Shown here piece after piece: positions 41,534-52,303 of a stretch of DNA of 64,000 bases. The stretch comes from a virus. The stretch lies in IMG/VR virus record IMGVR_UViG_3300025913_000027, positions 19,933 to 83,932 of that record; one strand, 5' to 3'. The position numbers were made by a program, and so were the translations under genes. Each line of letters begins with the position of its first letter. Position 1 is the first letter of the stretch. Under the pieces are notes generated by a model. It made no database searches, had not been told where the DNA came from, and saw nothing but the letters and a program-made list of their open reading frames with translations.

Positions 41534-41913
41534 TGAAAGATGCCAAGGGTCACGGCAGTAACGCGCATAATTCCGGCATCGATAAAATTCCGGGCTGGAG
41601 CCCGGTCAAACTTGTGCCGACGAATAGCCTCCGTCCGCGCCCAGAGAATACCGCGATGATTGAGAAATTCAAAGCGCGAGATGCGGCCAGCGAGAGGGCT
41701 TTTCGCGAAGCATATCCCGGAGAGAAATACGTGCCGTATCCGGGCGACATGCGCTACAAAGTAGACGAGATCAGAAAGACGATCCGGACAGGGGGCTCTC
41801 TTCCGCCGCTCGCGGTCAACAAAGACAACACGATAGAAGACGGCGAAAACCGCTGGAATGCCTATAAGGCCGAAGGCGTAAAGATGATCCCGGTTAGGAT
41901 TAAAACTAGATGA
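41533..41913 (+). CDS. KDxxGHGSN-leader protein 10, ParB/Srx-like cargo
   Basis: MKDAKGHGSNAH; LRPRPEN, LPPLAV...IEDGENRWNAY...IPV. Confidence 0.75.
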   Translation: MKDAKGHGSNAHNSGIDKIPGWSPVKLVPTNSLRPRPENTAMIEKFKARDAASERAFREAYPGEKYVPYPGDMRYKVDEIRKTIRTGGSLPPLAVNKDNTIEDGENRWNAYKAEGVKMIPVRIKTR

Positions 41914-44483
41914 CCCTCCCCTTCACCTTCGCGTGGGTCGATGAGACCCAGACGACCTTCGATCCGAACACGATGAACGTGTTCGACGAGGACATCTTCT
42001 CGTTCGTCATCCAGCACGACGAGGGACAAATCCCGACGCTTGACATCATCGTAAAGAACCCCCGCATCGGGCTGCTCTCGCCCGGGCGCAAAGTCTGGGC
42101 ATGGCTTGGATGGCAGAGCCCGGCGTCCGATCCGAACTATCACGGAGCGCTCGTACCGCTGTTCTTCGGCGTGCTTGTCGGCGTCCCTACGAGCCTCTTC
42201 AAGGAGAAGGTGACGCTCCAGTTCATCGCGCGCTCGCCGCAGTTCATTGCGAACAAACAGGCGCTCGCCGAAACCATGAAGACCTCGCCCTACTACGATC
42301 CGATCTTTATTGAGACGACCAAGCGGGATGACCCGGACACGATCCTCGAAGGATGGTCGGCGCTCTGGCATATCGACCGCACGTCGCTCGCGATCACCGC
42401 GTCCGACATCCTCGTTGGCGAAGACGGCAACGCCGAGTTCGACGAGGATCACGCGTTCTACGATAGCGTCTCGCTGCAATTAGGGCAGCCCCCGCTCGTG
42501 AACATCCGCGTTGAGGCCACTGTCAATTGGACCCAGCGCACGTCGGGCTTCTTCAAGGTGCCAGCAGTCAACATCTCCAGCTATACGGGCGAGACGCTGC
42601 TCAGCGATTGGCCGAAGCCCGGGGCAAGCCTCGGCGGCGGGTACAAGTGCGAGACAAGCTTTGTGACGGATGTCTACTTCATCTCCGAGACGCCAAACAC
42701 GTCTTACAACTATTCGTGGACGAACTCTGACCCCAATCCGGGTCAGTGCTCGACCGCGTCGTCGTCGTATTCGTCGAGCGGCCCTGCCCTGCTTGCGCCC
42801 GATCCGTTGCAAAATGTGTTGACGAGTTACTATCGAGGCGGCGTCTGCTTTCCAGACAGTGATCCGCCGACCAATACCTCCCTCGAAGCGTCTTCTAGCG
42901 GCGTGATCATTCCGCTCTGGAATGTTTCGATGGACATGACAATTCGCTATGACGCGAACCGGCAGTTCTCGGAAGTGCTGTCATTCGACATGCTTGCAAA
43001 CGTGCAGGGCATTCTCGCTTCGCCAACTGTCGATCAAAACACTGAATTGCTCACAGTCTCGTCGGTCGATATCGGGCAACCGCTGATCGAAGTGGACGCG
43101 TGGACTGATTTTGCGGGCAGGCACGTCAGTCTCGCACAGATGATCTTCCCGAACAACCCAACTACGCCGGGAGGTCTATCGTATCAGGTTTGCGTGCAGG
43201 CTGGCACCGCTGGCGTGGTCGAGCCGGTATTCAGCGACATCCCCGGCTTCATCACGAATGATAATGGCGTCGTCTGGGCCAGCCTCGGTACGCAAGGCGT
43301 GTCGCAGGCCTCGGCTTGGGCTCCGGGCGCGTATGTCCCGCTCGGGCAGATCATGCTTCTGCAAAATCAGGTATTCAACACGAGCACCGGCACCTTCGAG
43401 GATGTCCCCGGAGCAACGAGCTATTATCTCTGCACCACGGCGGGCCAGACGAACGGCAAGTACATCGTCAAGACGTACACGCCCCCAGTTACGTCCAATG
43501 TCGAGCCCACTCCAGCAGTCCGCCACATCAACTATATCAAGCAGCCGAACTTCTCGACGGTGGTAGGCGCGTCAATTGCGGACGGCACCGTGATCTGGAC
43601 CGTACTCGGCACGTCTCCCGCGCTTCTGGGTATCCCGATTGGCGGCACCGCGAACGACGTGCGAGCGCGCAGCTACTTCCCGACATCTCGGGGCATTGCC
43701 AGTGTCGAGTATCTTATCAGTCGCGCTCGTGCTCGTCTGCGGTTCCGGGCGCGAGCGGTGAAGATCGGCTGGGAGTGTCGGTTCGCCGACGCGGTCCCGC
43801 TCTCGTGCCGTAAGAACGGCACGCTGTTCGATCCCCGGCTCCCCGGCGGCGCGGCCACTGGCAAGATCACTGCGTACTCGCTCTCATGCAGCGGCGACGG
43901 CAAGCTTCGGGGCAAAGTCGAAATCGGATGTGCCATTGGTTTCGGCGACAGCATTGACGAGATCACGGGAACGCCGGAGTACGCGGCTCCCGGCTACATG
44001 CAAGTCGGATATCAACGCTATGACGGAGCGATGGTGCCACACGGTAGCAATGACACTACGTTTTCATTGCCGGTCTACGGCGGGTTCGATGATGGGCTTC
44101 ACTTCCCCCTCCGCTGGCAAGATGTTAGCGATGGCGGGCTCGTCAGCGGCAGTCTCGCCGATCAGAAGAAGGCGATTGAGGCCTCATTCGCGACCGCGCG
44201 TATCCTCCAGTATTTGAACCAAGCGGGCGGCTCGGTCGGCTCAGCGAATGCGACGGTTCATCAAAACGGCGTCGCGCCGGATGTGGCGTGGCAGATCACG
44301 CGCGAACAGCTCGCGTTGCTCAGTCAGAATACGCCCTACGTGATGGCTGCAAATCCGATCTCATGGTCCTGTCTTTTGAAGCCCTGCGCGGGTAACGGGC
44401 CGTTCGGCGGATCATACGCCATCTCGGTCTCGCCGCTCGTCGTTCCGAAAGGGATCAATCTGGAGGCTCCGTCGTCGCCATGA
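41910..44483 (+). CDS. Tail tip/hub protein
   Basis: 857 aa after Dit; FAWV.., RSYFPTSRG..SVEYLI..ARA.L, GKITAY. Confidence 0.75.
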   Translation: MTLPFTFAWVDETQTTFDPNTMNVFDEDIFSFVIQHDEGQIPTLDIIVKNPRIGLLSPGRKVWAWLGWQSPASDPNYHGALVPLFFGVLVGVPTSLFKEKVTLQFIARSPQFIANKQALAETMKTSPYYDPIFIETTKRDDPDTILEGWSALWHIDRTSLAITASDILVGEDGNAEFDEDHAFYDSVSLQLGQPPLVNIRVEATVNWTQRTSGFFKVPAVNISSYTGETLLSDWPKPGASLGGGYKCETSFVTDVYFISETPNTSYNYSWTNSDPNPGQCSTASSSYSSSGPALLAPDPLQNVLTSYYRGGVCFPDSDPPTNTSLEASSSGVIIPLWNVSMDMTIRYDANRQFSEVLSFDMLANVQGILASPTVDQNTELLTVSSVDIGQPLIEVDAWTDFAGRHVSLAQMIFPNNPTTPGGLSYQVCVQAGTAGVVEPVFSDIPGFITNDNGVVWASLGTQGVSQASAWAPGAYVPLGQIMLLQNQVFNTSTGTFEDVPGATSYYLCTTAGQTNGKYIVKTYTPPVTSNVEPTPAVRHINYIKQPNFSTVVGASIADGTVIWTVLGTSPALLGIPIGGTANDVRARSYFPTSRGIASVEYLISRARARLRFRARAVKIGWECRFADAVPLSCRKNGTLFDPRLPGGAATGKITAYSLSCSGDGKLRGKVEIGCAIGFGDSIDEITGTPEYAAPGYMQVGYQRYDGAMVPHGSNDTTFSLPVYGGFDDGLHFPLRWQDVSDGGLVSGSLADQKKAIEASFATARILQYLNQAGGSVGSANATVHQNGVAPDVAWQITREQLALLSQNTPYVMAANPISWSCLLKPCAGNGPFGGSYAISVSPLVVPKGINLEAPSSP

Positions 44484-44713
44484 CACTCGAAGCAATCATC
44501 CGTCCATTCGTGGGCGATCAGGTCAGTCCGCAGCCGTTCCATCCGGGTAACTCGGCGAGCGCCCCGCCCGTGCGCCTGTCTGTTGGCCAGATCGGCGGCA
44601 GTAAAACATTCAGCTTTAGCTCAAGTACGTCGATCTCTTCCTACATGGCCGCCGTCCATACGGAGAAAACTTCGACGGCATTCGACATGACCACCGGGAA
44701 GCTGGCGCAGTAA
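44480..44713 (+). CDS. Small tail-associated protein
   Basis: LEAIIRPF N-terminus; ATGA overlap. Confidence 0.6.
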   Translation: MTLEAIIRPFVGDQVSPQPFHPGNSASAPPVRLSVGQIGGSKTFSFSSSTSISSYMAAVHTEKTSTAFDMTTGKLAQ

Positions 44714-44714
44714 G

Positions 44715-46361
44715 ATGGCAACACGTAAAACCCATGTCGTCCGGATCGGAACGACTAAACAGTTTATCGACATAGAGGTGCTCGATGCTATCGCGTTCCG
44801 TCACGCGAACGGCAAAGAGATGGTCCTCGACCTCGCTGCGGAAAAAGCAGTCCCGTACATCGTCGATGAAACCGGCGGTGGCAATGGAAAGACGCCGGGC
44901 AAAGCGACGCGACGCTCGCATATGAAGCGGCTCAAGGGAGCGGACAAGACCCAGATTATCGATGTCGAGGTCCTCGACGCAATCGCGTTCAAAGACGAGA
45001 ACGGCAAAGAGTGGATTTTGGACCTGACCCGCAACGACGGGGCCGCAGTCTATAACACGACGACCGGCGAGGGCAATGCGAAAGCTACTCGCCGTGTCCA
45101 CTATGAAAAACTCTACAGCGACCCTAACGACCCGACCTCGGACTTCCTTCTAGTCGAGCGGTGCGATACGATGGCTTTCCGAACGATCAACGGGGAAGAG
45201 ATGGTCGTTGTGATGCCGTCGAGTGACGACGGCTCCGGCTCGGGTCGCGCCTCGACCGCCATGACGCCGTCCGGGTATGATCCAAAGGGGAACACCGCTC
45301 CGCCGTCAAACTCTGATCCTTCCGTGTATGCGTCTTTTCCGAAAGAGAGCAAAGGGGCGCTCCTAAACAAGAGCGGCACTTCGTATGCTGATGCAGTGAA
45401 GGTCGCGTGCGGTCCGCTATGGTGGCCGCGCGCGATCAACCCGAAGGGCGGCCCGTGGTATTGGTACGTCCCTACTCAGACTGCGAAGACGTTTAGCTTG
45501 TACGTGGACCCGGGTCAGTATGTCTGGGCTGGCAACCCCAGCCTCAGCAGCTTCGCGGGCACGCCTCCCAGCTTTACATGGAAATGGCTGCCGGGCATCC
45601 TCACTCAGAACCTCAACGATACCCAAGTATTTTTCTTTCCGTTTCAGCCATTCGGATACGGGTCGCTTGAAGACGCGATCACCGCAGGGGATACGGGAGA
45701 CTGGGGGCTGGTAGATTTTTCTGATACGCATCTCGACGACAAAGAGCCCAACGGGCTTAGTGCGGACCCATGCATCGTCGGCGTCAGGGGCAATCCGGAT
45801 ATCTGGCAGCTCACTGGGATCGCGCCTCCCAAACTCATCAAGCCTATCCCTCCAGCCATCAAGTGGACCGCCGAGCCACTGACCAAGAAGCTCGCCGCGC
45901 AAGCGGCGAAGGCATGGGCGGATGACTGGAACGCAACTTCGGATGCGTTCAATCAGCAGATGGCGGGTTGCGCGATCACTCTCGAAAACATTTGGTGGTA
46001 CATCCATTGGCCCTATCCCGTTGACAATGGCGGCACTCAGCGCTTCTTGGGAGCTACCCGGCCATCGGTCTTCACTTACCCCAGTACAGCTTTCCACGTT
46101 CCGCTGTACGACGAACACACGACCGAGACGCCCGGCCCGAAGGAAACGGGCGGCCGATATATCGGCGGTCTCCCGGGCCAGTTCTGGGTGATCGGCAGCT
46201 CTGACATCACTGTCATCAACGGGATGGCTTTGCAGCTATATCCGCCGGGCGACATCGTAGGCCTGCACGGGGCATATGCGAGCTACATCGCTGTCGGGCA
46301 ACTGGACCCAAACAAGTGGGACACGTCTGATCCTGAAAAACCGAAGCTCAAAGGCCGGTAG
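44715..46361 (+). CDS. Tail-associated protein with three N-terminal repeats
   Basis: ATR(K/R)xH...EVLDAIAF...NG(K/E)E repeated. Confidence 0.7.
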   Translation: MATRKTHVVRIGTTKQFIDIEVLDAIAFRHANGKEMVLDLAAEKAVPYIVDETGGGNGKTPGKATRRSHMKRLKGADKTQIIDVEVLDAIAFKDENGKEWILDLTRNDGAAVYNTTTGEGNAKATRRVHYEKLYSDPNDPTSDFLLVERCDTMAFRTINGEEMVVVMPSSDDGSGSGRASTAMTPSGYDPKGNTAPPSNSDPSVYASFPKESKGALLNKSGTSYADAVKVACGPLWWPRAINPKGGPWYWYVPTQTAKTFSLYVDPGQYVWAGNPSLSSFAGTPPSFTWKWLPGILTQNLNDTQVFFFPFQPFGYGSLEDAITAGDTGDWGLVDFSDTHLDDKEPNGLSADPCIVGVRGNPDIWQLTGIAPPKLIKPIPPAIKWTAEPLTKKLAAQAAKAWADDWNATSDAFNQQMAGCAITLENIWWYIHWPYPVDNGGTQRFLGATRPSVFTYPSTAFHVPLYDEHTTETPGPKETGGRYIGGLPGQFWVIGSSDITVINGMALQLYPPGDIVGLHGAYASYIAVGQLDPNKWDTSDPEKPKLKGR

Positions 46362-46408
46362 TTGACTTTTCACTGAAATACGGTTAATGACACAACCTTC
46401 AAAGGATC

Positions 46409-47260
46409 ATGCCCATGCCCGCCAGTCTTGTCTTTCGTACCGACGATCCAGCTCGCTGGGGCGGGGGCCAAGGCTCCGACCTCGCAGCGGTCACTATCGA
46501 TCTCAATTTCTGGACGCTCTTTAGCGCGGTACAGGCCCTTGAAGATCACCAATCTGTCGGCGCGGGGATCGATTATATCAATCAGCCAGCAGGCGGCAAT
46601 CTCTTCTATATTCATCTGACAGATCATCGTGTGCTCGGGCCGTTTGTGATCCCGAGTTCGCAGTGGAACCCGCGCGATGAATGGGAGCCGATCACGACGT
46701 ATGCGGCTTACGATGTCGTCTCGCATGACGGGGCGCTCTATCTCATTGTCATTCCTCACACGAGCGGCACGACATTCTCCGCGTTCGCGACTGACGGGCA
46801 GGGACATCTACTCTACAACCTCCTGCTCGCGGAGCCCGCGAACGGGGTTCCGCCCAACGGCACTCGGGGCCAGCGGCTCGTCGCTACCGCAGGCAGCCCG
46901 GCGTCAGAATGGCAGAACGACTTCATTCGACTGCACGTTTTTGTCGAAGGTCAGCCCAATCCGGCGGAGACGCTGTTGCAGTACACCGTCACTGATGACA
47001 TGACGCTGCCGATCAATCTTGAAGGTTCGGTCTTCTATCAGCGCATCCCCAGCGTGACTAACGTAGTCTACGAGATCGCGAAGAACGGGACAAGCATCGG
47101 CACCATCGAATTTGATGGCCCGTCGCCTGTCGATATCCTCGTCACGTTCACGACAGCAGTCACTTTCGTTCCGGGAGATATTCTGACCCTTATCGGCCCG
47201 ACCACTCCGGATGCGGTGCAGCTCGACATCTCGTTCACGCTTCTTGCTACCCTGACGTGA
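46409..47260 (+). CDS. Tail fibre/accessory protein with carbohydrate-binding-like module
   Basis: WGGGQGSDL...IDLNFW; W...TTYAAYDVVSHDGALY...HTSG..F. Confidence 0.65.
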   Translation: MPMPASLVFRTDDPARWGGGQGSDLAAVTIDLNFWTLFSAVQALEDHQSVGAGIDYINQPAGGNLFYIHLTDHRVLGPFVIPSSQWNPRDEWEPITTYAAYDVVSHDGALYLIVIPHTSGTTFSAFATDGQGHLLYNLLLAEPANGVPPNGTRGQRLVATAGSPASEWQNDFIRLHVFVEGQPNPAETLLQYTVTDDMTLPINLEGSVFYQRIPSVTNVVYEIAKNGTSIGTIEFDGPSPVDILVTFTTAVTFVPGDILTLIGPTTPDAVQLDISFTLLATLT

Positions 47261-47264
47261 TCCG

Positions 47265-48434
47265 ATGACAGTTGCCATTGAAGAAATCCACGGCGGTACG
47301 AACTTCAATGTCGGCAGCAATGTCGGTATCTCGTCCTCGCAAGGCGGCACGATCACTACGGACGGGACCGACCGTCTTGTCGTGCTCGCGTTCTTCACCG
47401 GCCGGTCGGACAACTCACTAAATCAGGTTCATGTCAACAGCGTCACCGCGTCCGGCCTGACCTTCACGCGCGTCTTCACCGATCACTATACCTACACCGA
47501 TGGGTCCTACGGCAGCTTCACGCACGGCACCATCTCAATCGACATCTTCACCGCCCCGGCCGCCGCGCAGCAGACTAACGTAGCGTGGACCACCACTACG
47601 GATGGAGATGGCTTCACCAATAACGGCGGATGCACCGGCTTCGCGGTCTCAGGCCTGTTCGATATCAATAGCCCGTTCGATCCGTCGAACGCTTTCGATG
47701 TCAGTTCGGACACGAGCGGATCGTCCACGACCCCAACCGTGACTGGCGTCGATACGGCGAATAGCTCGGACCTGATCGTCGGCTTCTTCACAGAGCATTC
47801 GGTTAACCCGGCCTCGGCGGACATCACGGCAGGGAGCGGCTGGACCAATATCGGCTCCGTTGCGGCGAACGGAAGCTTTAGCAGCTCCCAGTTCGCAACG
47901 CGAGCCGAGTACAAGAATTTCTCGTCACCGCAGTCTTCGCTTTCCGTCCCGCTCGGCTCCAGCAACGCCTATTGGTATGGCGTCGCAATCTCTTTCACGG
48001 CGGTCGGCGGAAACACTTGGGCCTCGACCGAGGCAACCGACGTTATGGCTTTCTCGGGCTACCCGGGCGTGCCATGGCCGCACGGTGACCTCGCCTCGAC
48101 CGAAGCCACGGACACGTTCGCGGGCGCAGGGTATCCGGCGATGTACGCCGCGATGGCCGCCAGTGAATTTCCGGATGCTTTTTCGGCCTACGGTTTCCAG
48201 CCATTGGTCGGGACACTGAGCGCTACAGAGCGAAAAGATACGTTCGCGGGCGCGGGCATCGGATACGGATCAGATGGGACGTGGGCGTCAACGGAGGCGA
48301 TTGACATTTTCACGGCAACTGGATATGCTCCGGTCTCCGGAACCTTCAACACATCTGAAAGTCCTGATCGCTTCAACGCCTTGGGCGCAGGCGTCACTCG
48401 GGTTCGGCGTCGCCGCACCGTCATTGTTGCATAA
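47265..48434 (+). CDS. S/T-rich tail fibre-like protein with C-terminal STE.xD.F.G.GY repeats
   Basis: Repeat units in last ~140 aa. Confidence 0.65.
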   Translation: MTVAIEEIHGGTNFNVGSNVGISSSQGGTITTDGTDRLVVLAFFTGRSDNSLNQVHVNSVTASGLTFTRVFTDHYTYTDGSYGSFTHGTISIDIFTAPAAAQQTNVAWTTTTDGDGFTNNGGCTGFAVSGLFDINSPFDPSNAFDVSSDTSGSSTTPTVTGVDTANSSDLIVGFFTEHSVNPASADITAGSGWTNIGSVAANGSFSSSQFATRAEYKNFSSPQSSLSVPLGSSNAYWYGVAISFTAVGGNTWASTEATDVMAFSGYPGVPWPHGDLASTEATDTFAGAGYPAMYAAMAASEFPDAFSAYGFQPLVGTLSATERKDTFAGAGIGYGSDGTWASTEAIDIFTATGYAPVSGTFNTSESPDRFNALGAGVTRVRRRRTVIVA

Positions 48435-48445
48435 GGAGAAGCGAT

Positions 48446-48823
48446 ATGTCTGTCAACTATAACACCACTCTCAAGAACACGCGCATGACCGATGTGGTCA
48501 CTGCGATTGGCGCGACCGGCTACCTCAACATCTACACGTCCGGGCTAGGCACGCTGCTTGCGTCCGTGCCTTTGGCGAACCCGGCTGGCACCGTCACGGG
48601 CGGCGTCTTGTCGTTCTCTGGCGCTCCGCTGACGGATACCTCGGCTAACGCGTCGGGTACGGCGGCAGCAGCTACCGTGACGACCGCAGTCGATGGCGGC
48701 GGCACCGTGATCATCTCGGGCCTGACGGTCAGCGCGACTTCGGGCGACATCGTTGTGTCCTCGACGAACCTCGTCGCTGGGCAGCCCTTCACGATCACTT
48801 CGGCCTCCATTACGCACGGCTGA
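48446..48823 (+). CDS. Small virion structural protein
   Basis: T/G/S/A-rich, AAGGAG SD. Confidence 0.6.
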   Translation: MSVNYNTTLKNTRMTDVVTAIGATGYLNIYTSGLGTLLASVPLANPAGTVTGGVLSFSGAPLTDTSANASGTAAAATVTTAVDGGGTVIISGLTVSATSGDIVVSSTNLVAGQPFTITSASITHG

Positions 48824-48831
48824 CCTTCGAA

Positions 48832-49770
48832 GTGAAGCCCCCTCTTCACATTCAGGGCATGCACGGCCTTGGCGACAACCTGCATCAGCGGGCCGTGATC
48901 CGGCAGTTGATGCAGACGCGGGACGTGACGTTGGAGACCTCGTGGCCTGCGGTCTATCATGACCTCATGGCCGAAGGGCTTAAAGTCACTCGGCGGCCAG
49001 TCGCCCTGCGGACCCAATCCAAAAACGCCGCTCGCGAAAGCGAAGCGGCGAAATTCTCGTCTAGGCACCCGTTCGCGCGGGCCGGGCTCCGCGTTGCCTA
49101 CGGCGGGGGCCAAGTCCTCCAGACGCCGAGCAAGACAATTTTAGAGGTCATGTGCAGCGTCACCGGCACGAGCTACGCTGAGGCGGACTACAGGCTTCCC
49201 ATTCCGGACGCGTGGGACAGCGCTCTCTTCAAGGTGCTCGACGCGCTCCCGATGCAGGCCTCGGGCAAGCCGTGGATGTTCTATCGGCCGCTCGTTGCGC
49301 GCCCGGAGTGGCGCGGCGGGGCCATGCGAAACGCGGACGCCGGGGCCTATCACGAAATCTTCAACTCCATACGGGACAAGTTCTTTGTCGTCTCCGTCGC
49401 CGATCTCGTCGAGGGGCAGGAGTGGATCGTCGGCCCGGATGCTCAAGCCGACCTGAATTTCCACCGGGGCGAGTTAGTATTCGAGGCTATGGCTGCCTTG
49501 GCGAAGCAATGTGACCTCGTCTTCACCTCCAGCGGCTTCCCGGCCATTCTCGGTCCGGCAGTCGGGACGCCGACAATCTCCATCGTCGGGGGATACGAAG
49601 ACCCACGATGCCATGACAGCGGCGCTCGCTTCGCCCCCTACCTCTCAATCGGCCCGAGGGCTCCATGCTCGTGCTGGACTTCCCAGTGCAAGAAAGTCTG
49701 TGATAAATCTATCGATCTCGACACGGCGAAGCGCGCCGTCGCTGAGTTCGTGTCCCGAGAGTGTATATAA
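48832..49770 (+). CDS. Glycosyltransferase, GT9 (heptosyltransferase)-like
   Basis: GMHGLGDNL N-terminal motif; MAALAKQCDLVFTSSG...AVGTPTI; PCSC...C. Confidence 0.7.
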   Translation: MKPPLHIQGMHGLGDNLHQRAVIRQLMQTRDVTLETSWPAVYHDLMAEGLKVTRRPVALRTQSKNAARESEAAKFSSRHPFARAGLRVAYGGGQVLQTPSKTILEVMCSVTGTSYAEADYRLPIPDAWDSALFKVLDALPMQASGKPWMFYRPLVARPEWRGGAMRNADAGAYHEIFNSIRDKFFVVSVADLVEGQEWIVGPDAQADLNFHRGELVFEAMAALAKQCDLVFTSSGFPAILGPAVGTPTISIVGGYEDPRCHDSGARFAPYLSIGPRAPCSCWTSQCKKVCDKSIDLDTAKRAVAEFVSRECI

Positions 49771-50414
49771 ACATGCCCGGCTACGTGATGCGCCCACCGG
49801 TCGCGCCGCTCAATATCGTCGCGCCGACCACACAAGATATCGCCGTCGTCATGTGCGGCGGCGGAGACCCGTTCGCAGAGTGGAAACTCGCTCAGGAGAT
49901 GTGCGAGCACGTCGGCAAGAATGCCAGTATCTTTGCCGGGAATGACATGATAGAACACTTTCCGGGAAACATCGATCACGCCGTCTCGCTACATCCCGAC
50001 AAACTCAAGATATGGCTTTCACGCCGTAAATTTACGGGCTTTAACGACCCGCCGAAGGTGTGGGCGCATCGCAACTACGAAGGGGCAGTCACACACTGGA
50101 CGCGGGATTGGTCAGGCTCGACCGGCCTGTTCTGTGTCAAGATCGCACGGGAGAACGGCTTCACGCATATCGTTTTGTGTGGCGTCCACATGACCGTAGA
50201 TGGGAACCACTTCGTTCGCAAGCAGCCATGGAATGCCGCGCACGGTTTTAGACGCGGCTGGACAGCGCGGATACCGGAGTTGCGGCCCTACGTTCGAAGC
50301 TTCGGCGGCTGGACCCGAGAAGAGTTCGGAGCGCCGACCGAGGAATGGCTCAAGCAGGATATCGAAGATTTGCATCGGACTAATCGACACTTCAATGGGG
50401 GACTGAAAGCATGA
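49761..50414 (+). CDS. Putative nucleotide-sugar/transferase-like protein
   Basis: AVVMCGGG, AGND, SLHPDK, GSTGLFCVKIA...GF.HIVLCGV. Confidence 0.5.
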   Translation: MYINMPGYVMRPPVAPLNIVAPTTQDIAVVMCGGGDPFAEWKLAQEMCEHVGKNASIFAGNDMIEHFPGNIDHAVSLHPDKLKIWLSRRKFTGFNDPPKVWAHRNYEGAVTHWTRDWSGSTGLFCVKIARENGFTHIVLCGVHMTVDGNHFVRKQPWNAAHGFRRGWTARIPELRPYVRSFGGWTREEFGAPTEEWLKQDIEDLHRTNRHFNGGLKA

Positions 50415-50698
50415 TCGATCTCAAGGACGTTGACCCGAGCATTAAGCGGCTGTTCCCTTGGCTGCTCTTTCTGCTGCTCGCCGCTGCTCTCTCGCTTGGC
50501 GCGATCACGCTTGCCCGGGCCGACATCTCATGCGAAGAAGTCGTCACCCGCGTCGGTCTCAAGCCATTGTGGCTCGCCGAACGTATCGCTCGGCACGAAC
50601 ACCCGGAGCTGACCGAGGCCCAGATCGCGTGGGGCCGGAAGTGTGTCCGGGACTATCGCCGCGCCGTCAAGGAGCGCATTGAGAGCGCGTTCCGATGA
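50411..50698 (+). CDS. Small membrane/exported protein
   Basis: N-terminal hydrophobic helix. Confidence 0.6.
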   Translation: MIDLKDVDPSIKRLFPWLLFLLLAAALSLGAITLARADISCEEVVTRVGLKPLWLAERIARHEHPELTEAQIAWGRKCVRDYRRAVKERIESAFR

Positions 50699-51294
50699 CA
50701 CTCGGCCCGTCTCCCCCAACTACGCCCGCGCCAATTCGCGACCCAGCGCCAGCCTTCGCGCTGATCACGTCGCCGTCTGGCAACCTCGGGGCAATGGCGG
50801 AGTTCGGATACAATCAGGCCAACATCGCGGTCGGCGGGACCGCTCCCTACACGTATTCGCTCGCGAGTGGTTCGCTTCCGGCGGGCACCGTGCTTAAAAG
50901 CGATGGCACTGTCGAAGGGACTGCGACAACGCCCGGCCCATTCAACTACACGATCAAAGTCACAGACAGCAGCGTACCGCCTAAGAGCGAGACGGCTACC
51001 ATCAGCGGCACCATCACTCCCGTTGTCTCCGGGACTGCATCCTTCTCGGTTGCCGGAGCGACCGGAAGCTACGACCTCCCTCCGTACAACACCTTGAAGA
51101 TTGAAATCTTCGGGACGGCGACCAACCCCACTACGGTCGCACAGATGGGGCAGATACCGGCGGACATCGGGCTATCGGCGGGCGGAGGCGGCCCGCTCTA
51201 TGCGACCGTTACATGGTCAGTCAACATCGTTGGTGCTCCGCTCAACTATTCGATTGGCGCATCTGGCGGTACAATCAAAATTACATGGAGTTGA
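50695..51294 (+). CDS. Ig-like (He_PIG-type) domain virion protein
   Basis: [19 protein letters not shown]...G.V.GT.T..G...YTIKVTDS. Confidence 0.75.
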   Translation: MTLGPSPPTTPAPIRDPAPAFALITSPSGNLGAMAEFGYNQANIAVGGTAPYTYSLASGSLPAGTVLKSDGTVEGTATTPGPFNYTIKVTDSSVPPKSETATISGTITPVVSGTASFSVAGATGSYDLPPYNTLKIEIFGTATNPTTVAQMGQIPADIGLSAGGGGPLYATVTWSVNIVGAPLNYSIGASGGTIKITWS

Positions 51295-51298
51295 GCAG

Positions 51299-52303
51299 AT
51301 GAAGAGAGCACTGATCACCGGGGTCACCGGACAAGACGGCTCGTATCTCGCCGAGCTTCTGCTCGCCAAGGGGTATGAGGTGCATGGCATCAAACGCCGC
51401 GCATCCAGTTTCAACACTTCGCGCATCGATCACCTTCCAGAACTCAAGCTCCACTATGGAGACATGACGGACGGCATGAACATCGCGCGCTTGATCTTCG
51501 ATATCGAGCCCGATGAGGTCTACAATCTCGCAGCGCAGAGCCACGTGCAAGTCAGCTTCGAAACGCCGGAGTACACGGCCAATGCCGACGCGCTCGGGGC
51601 CATGCGCCTGCTGGAGACACTTCGAACCTACGGCCTCCCAACGCGGGTCTATCAGGCCTCGACCTCAGAGCTATACGGCAACTCGGGCGGCTACTTTCGC
51701 AACGAGGGAACGCCATTCCAGCCCCGCTCCCCATACGCGGCGGCAAAGCTCTATGCCTATTGGCTGACAGTCAACTATCGCGAGGCTTACGGCATCCACG
51801 CCAGCAACGGCATCCTCTTCAATCACGAGAGCCCGCGCCGTGGCCCGACCTTCGTCACACGCAAGATCACCAAGGCGGTTGCGGCGATATCCAAGGGCGA
51901 GCAGGACTGCCTCTACCTCGGCAATATCGACGCGCTCCGCGACTGGGGCCACGCGAAGGACTACGTCGAGGCGATGTATCTGGCCCTCCAGCAAGACAAG
52001 CCCGACGACTACGTCGTGGCGACCGGAGAAGCGCATAGCGTGCGCGAGTTCGTCGAGCTGGCATTCGCCGAAGTCGGTATCGACCTCCGCTGGCGCGGGA
52101 CCGGCGAGAACGAAGTCGGGCTCGACGACAAGACCGGCCGCACGCTTCTGCGGATCGACCCAAAATACTTTCGACCGACCGAAGTAGACCTCTTGCGCGG
52201 CGACGCGACAAAGGCTATGACACGCCTCGGCTGGCGGCCGAAAGTCGGCTTCCGAGCGCTCGTCAAGGAAATGGTTTCAGCAGATTTGAAAGGGAGTGAG
52301 TGA
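51299..52303 (+). CDS. gmd: GDP-mannose 4,6-dehydratase
   Basis: [59 protein letters not shown]. Confidence 0.95.
   Translation: MKRALITGVTGQDGSYLAELLLAKGYEVHGIKRRASSFNTSRIDHLPELKLHYGDMTDGMNIARLIFDIEPDEVYNLAAQSHVQVSFETPEYTANADALGAMRLLETLRTYGLPTRVYQASTSELYGNSGGYFRNEGTPFQPRSPYAAAKLYAYWLTVNYREAYGIHASNGILFNHESPRRGPTFVTRKITKAVAAISKGEQDCLYLGNIDALRDWGHAKDYVEAMYLALQQDKPDDYVVATGEAHSVREFVELAFAEVGIDLRWRGTGENEVGLDDKTGRTLLRIDPKYFRPTEVDLLRGDATKAMTRLGWRPKVGFRALVKEMVSADLKGSE

Noticed and set aside
44715-48434. Diversity-generating retroelement acting on tail fibres
   Set aside because: No reverse transcriptase and no TR/VR pair differing at adenines seen
51101-51298. N-terminal extension of Gmd in the ORF track
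   Set aside because: Overlaps the Ig-domain gene; canonical MKRALITG start is at 51299
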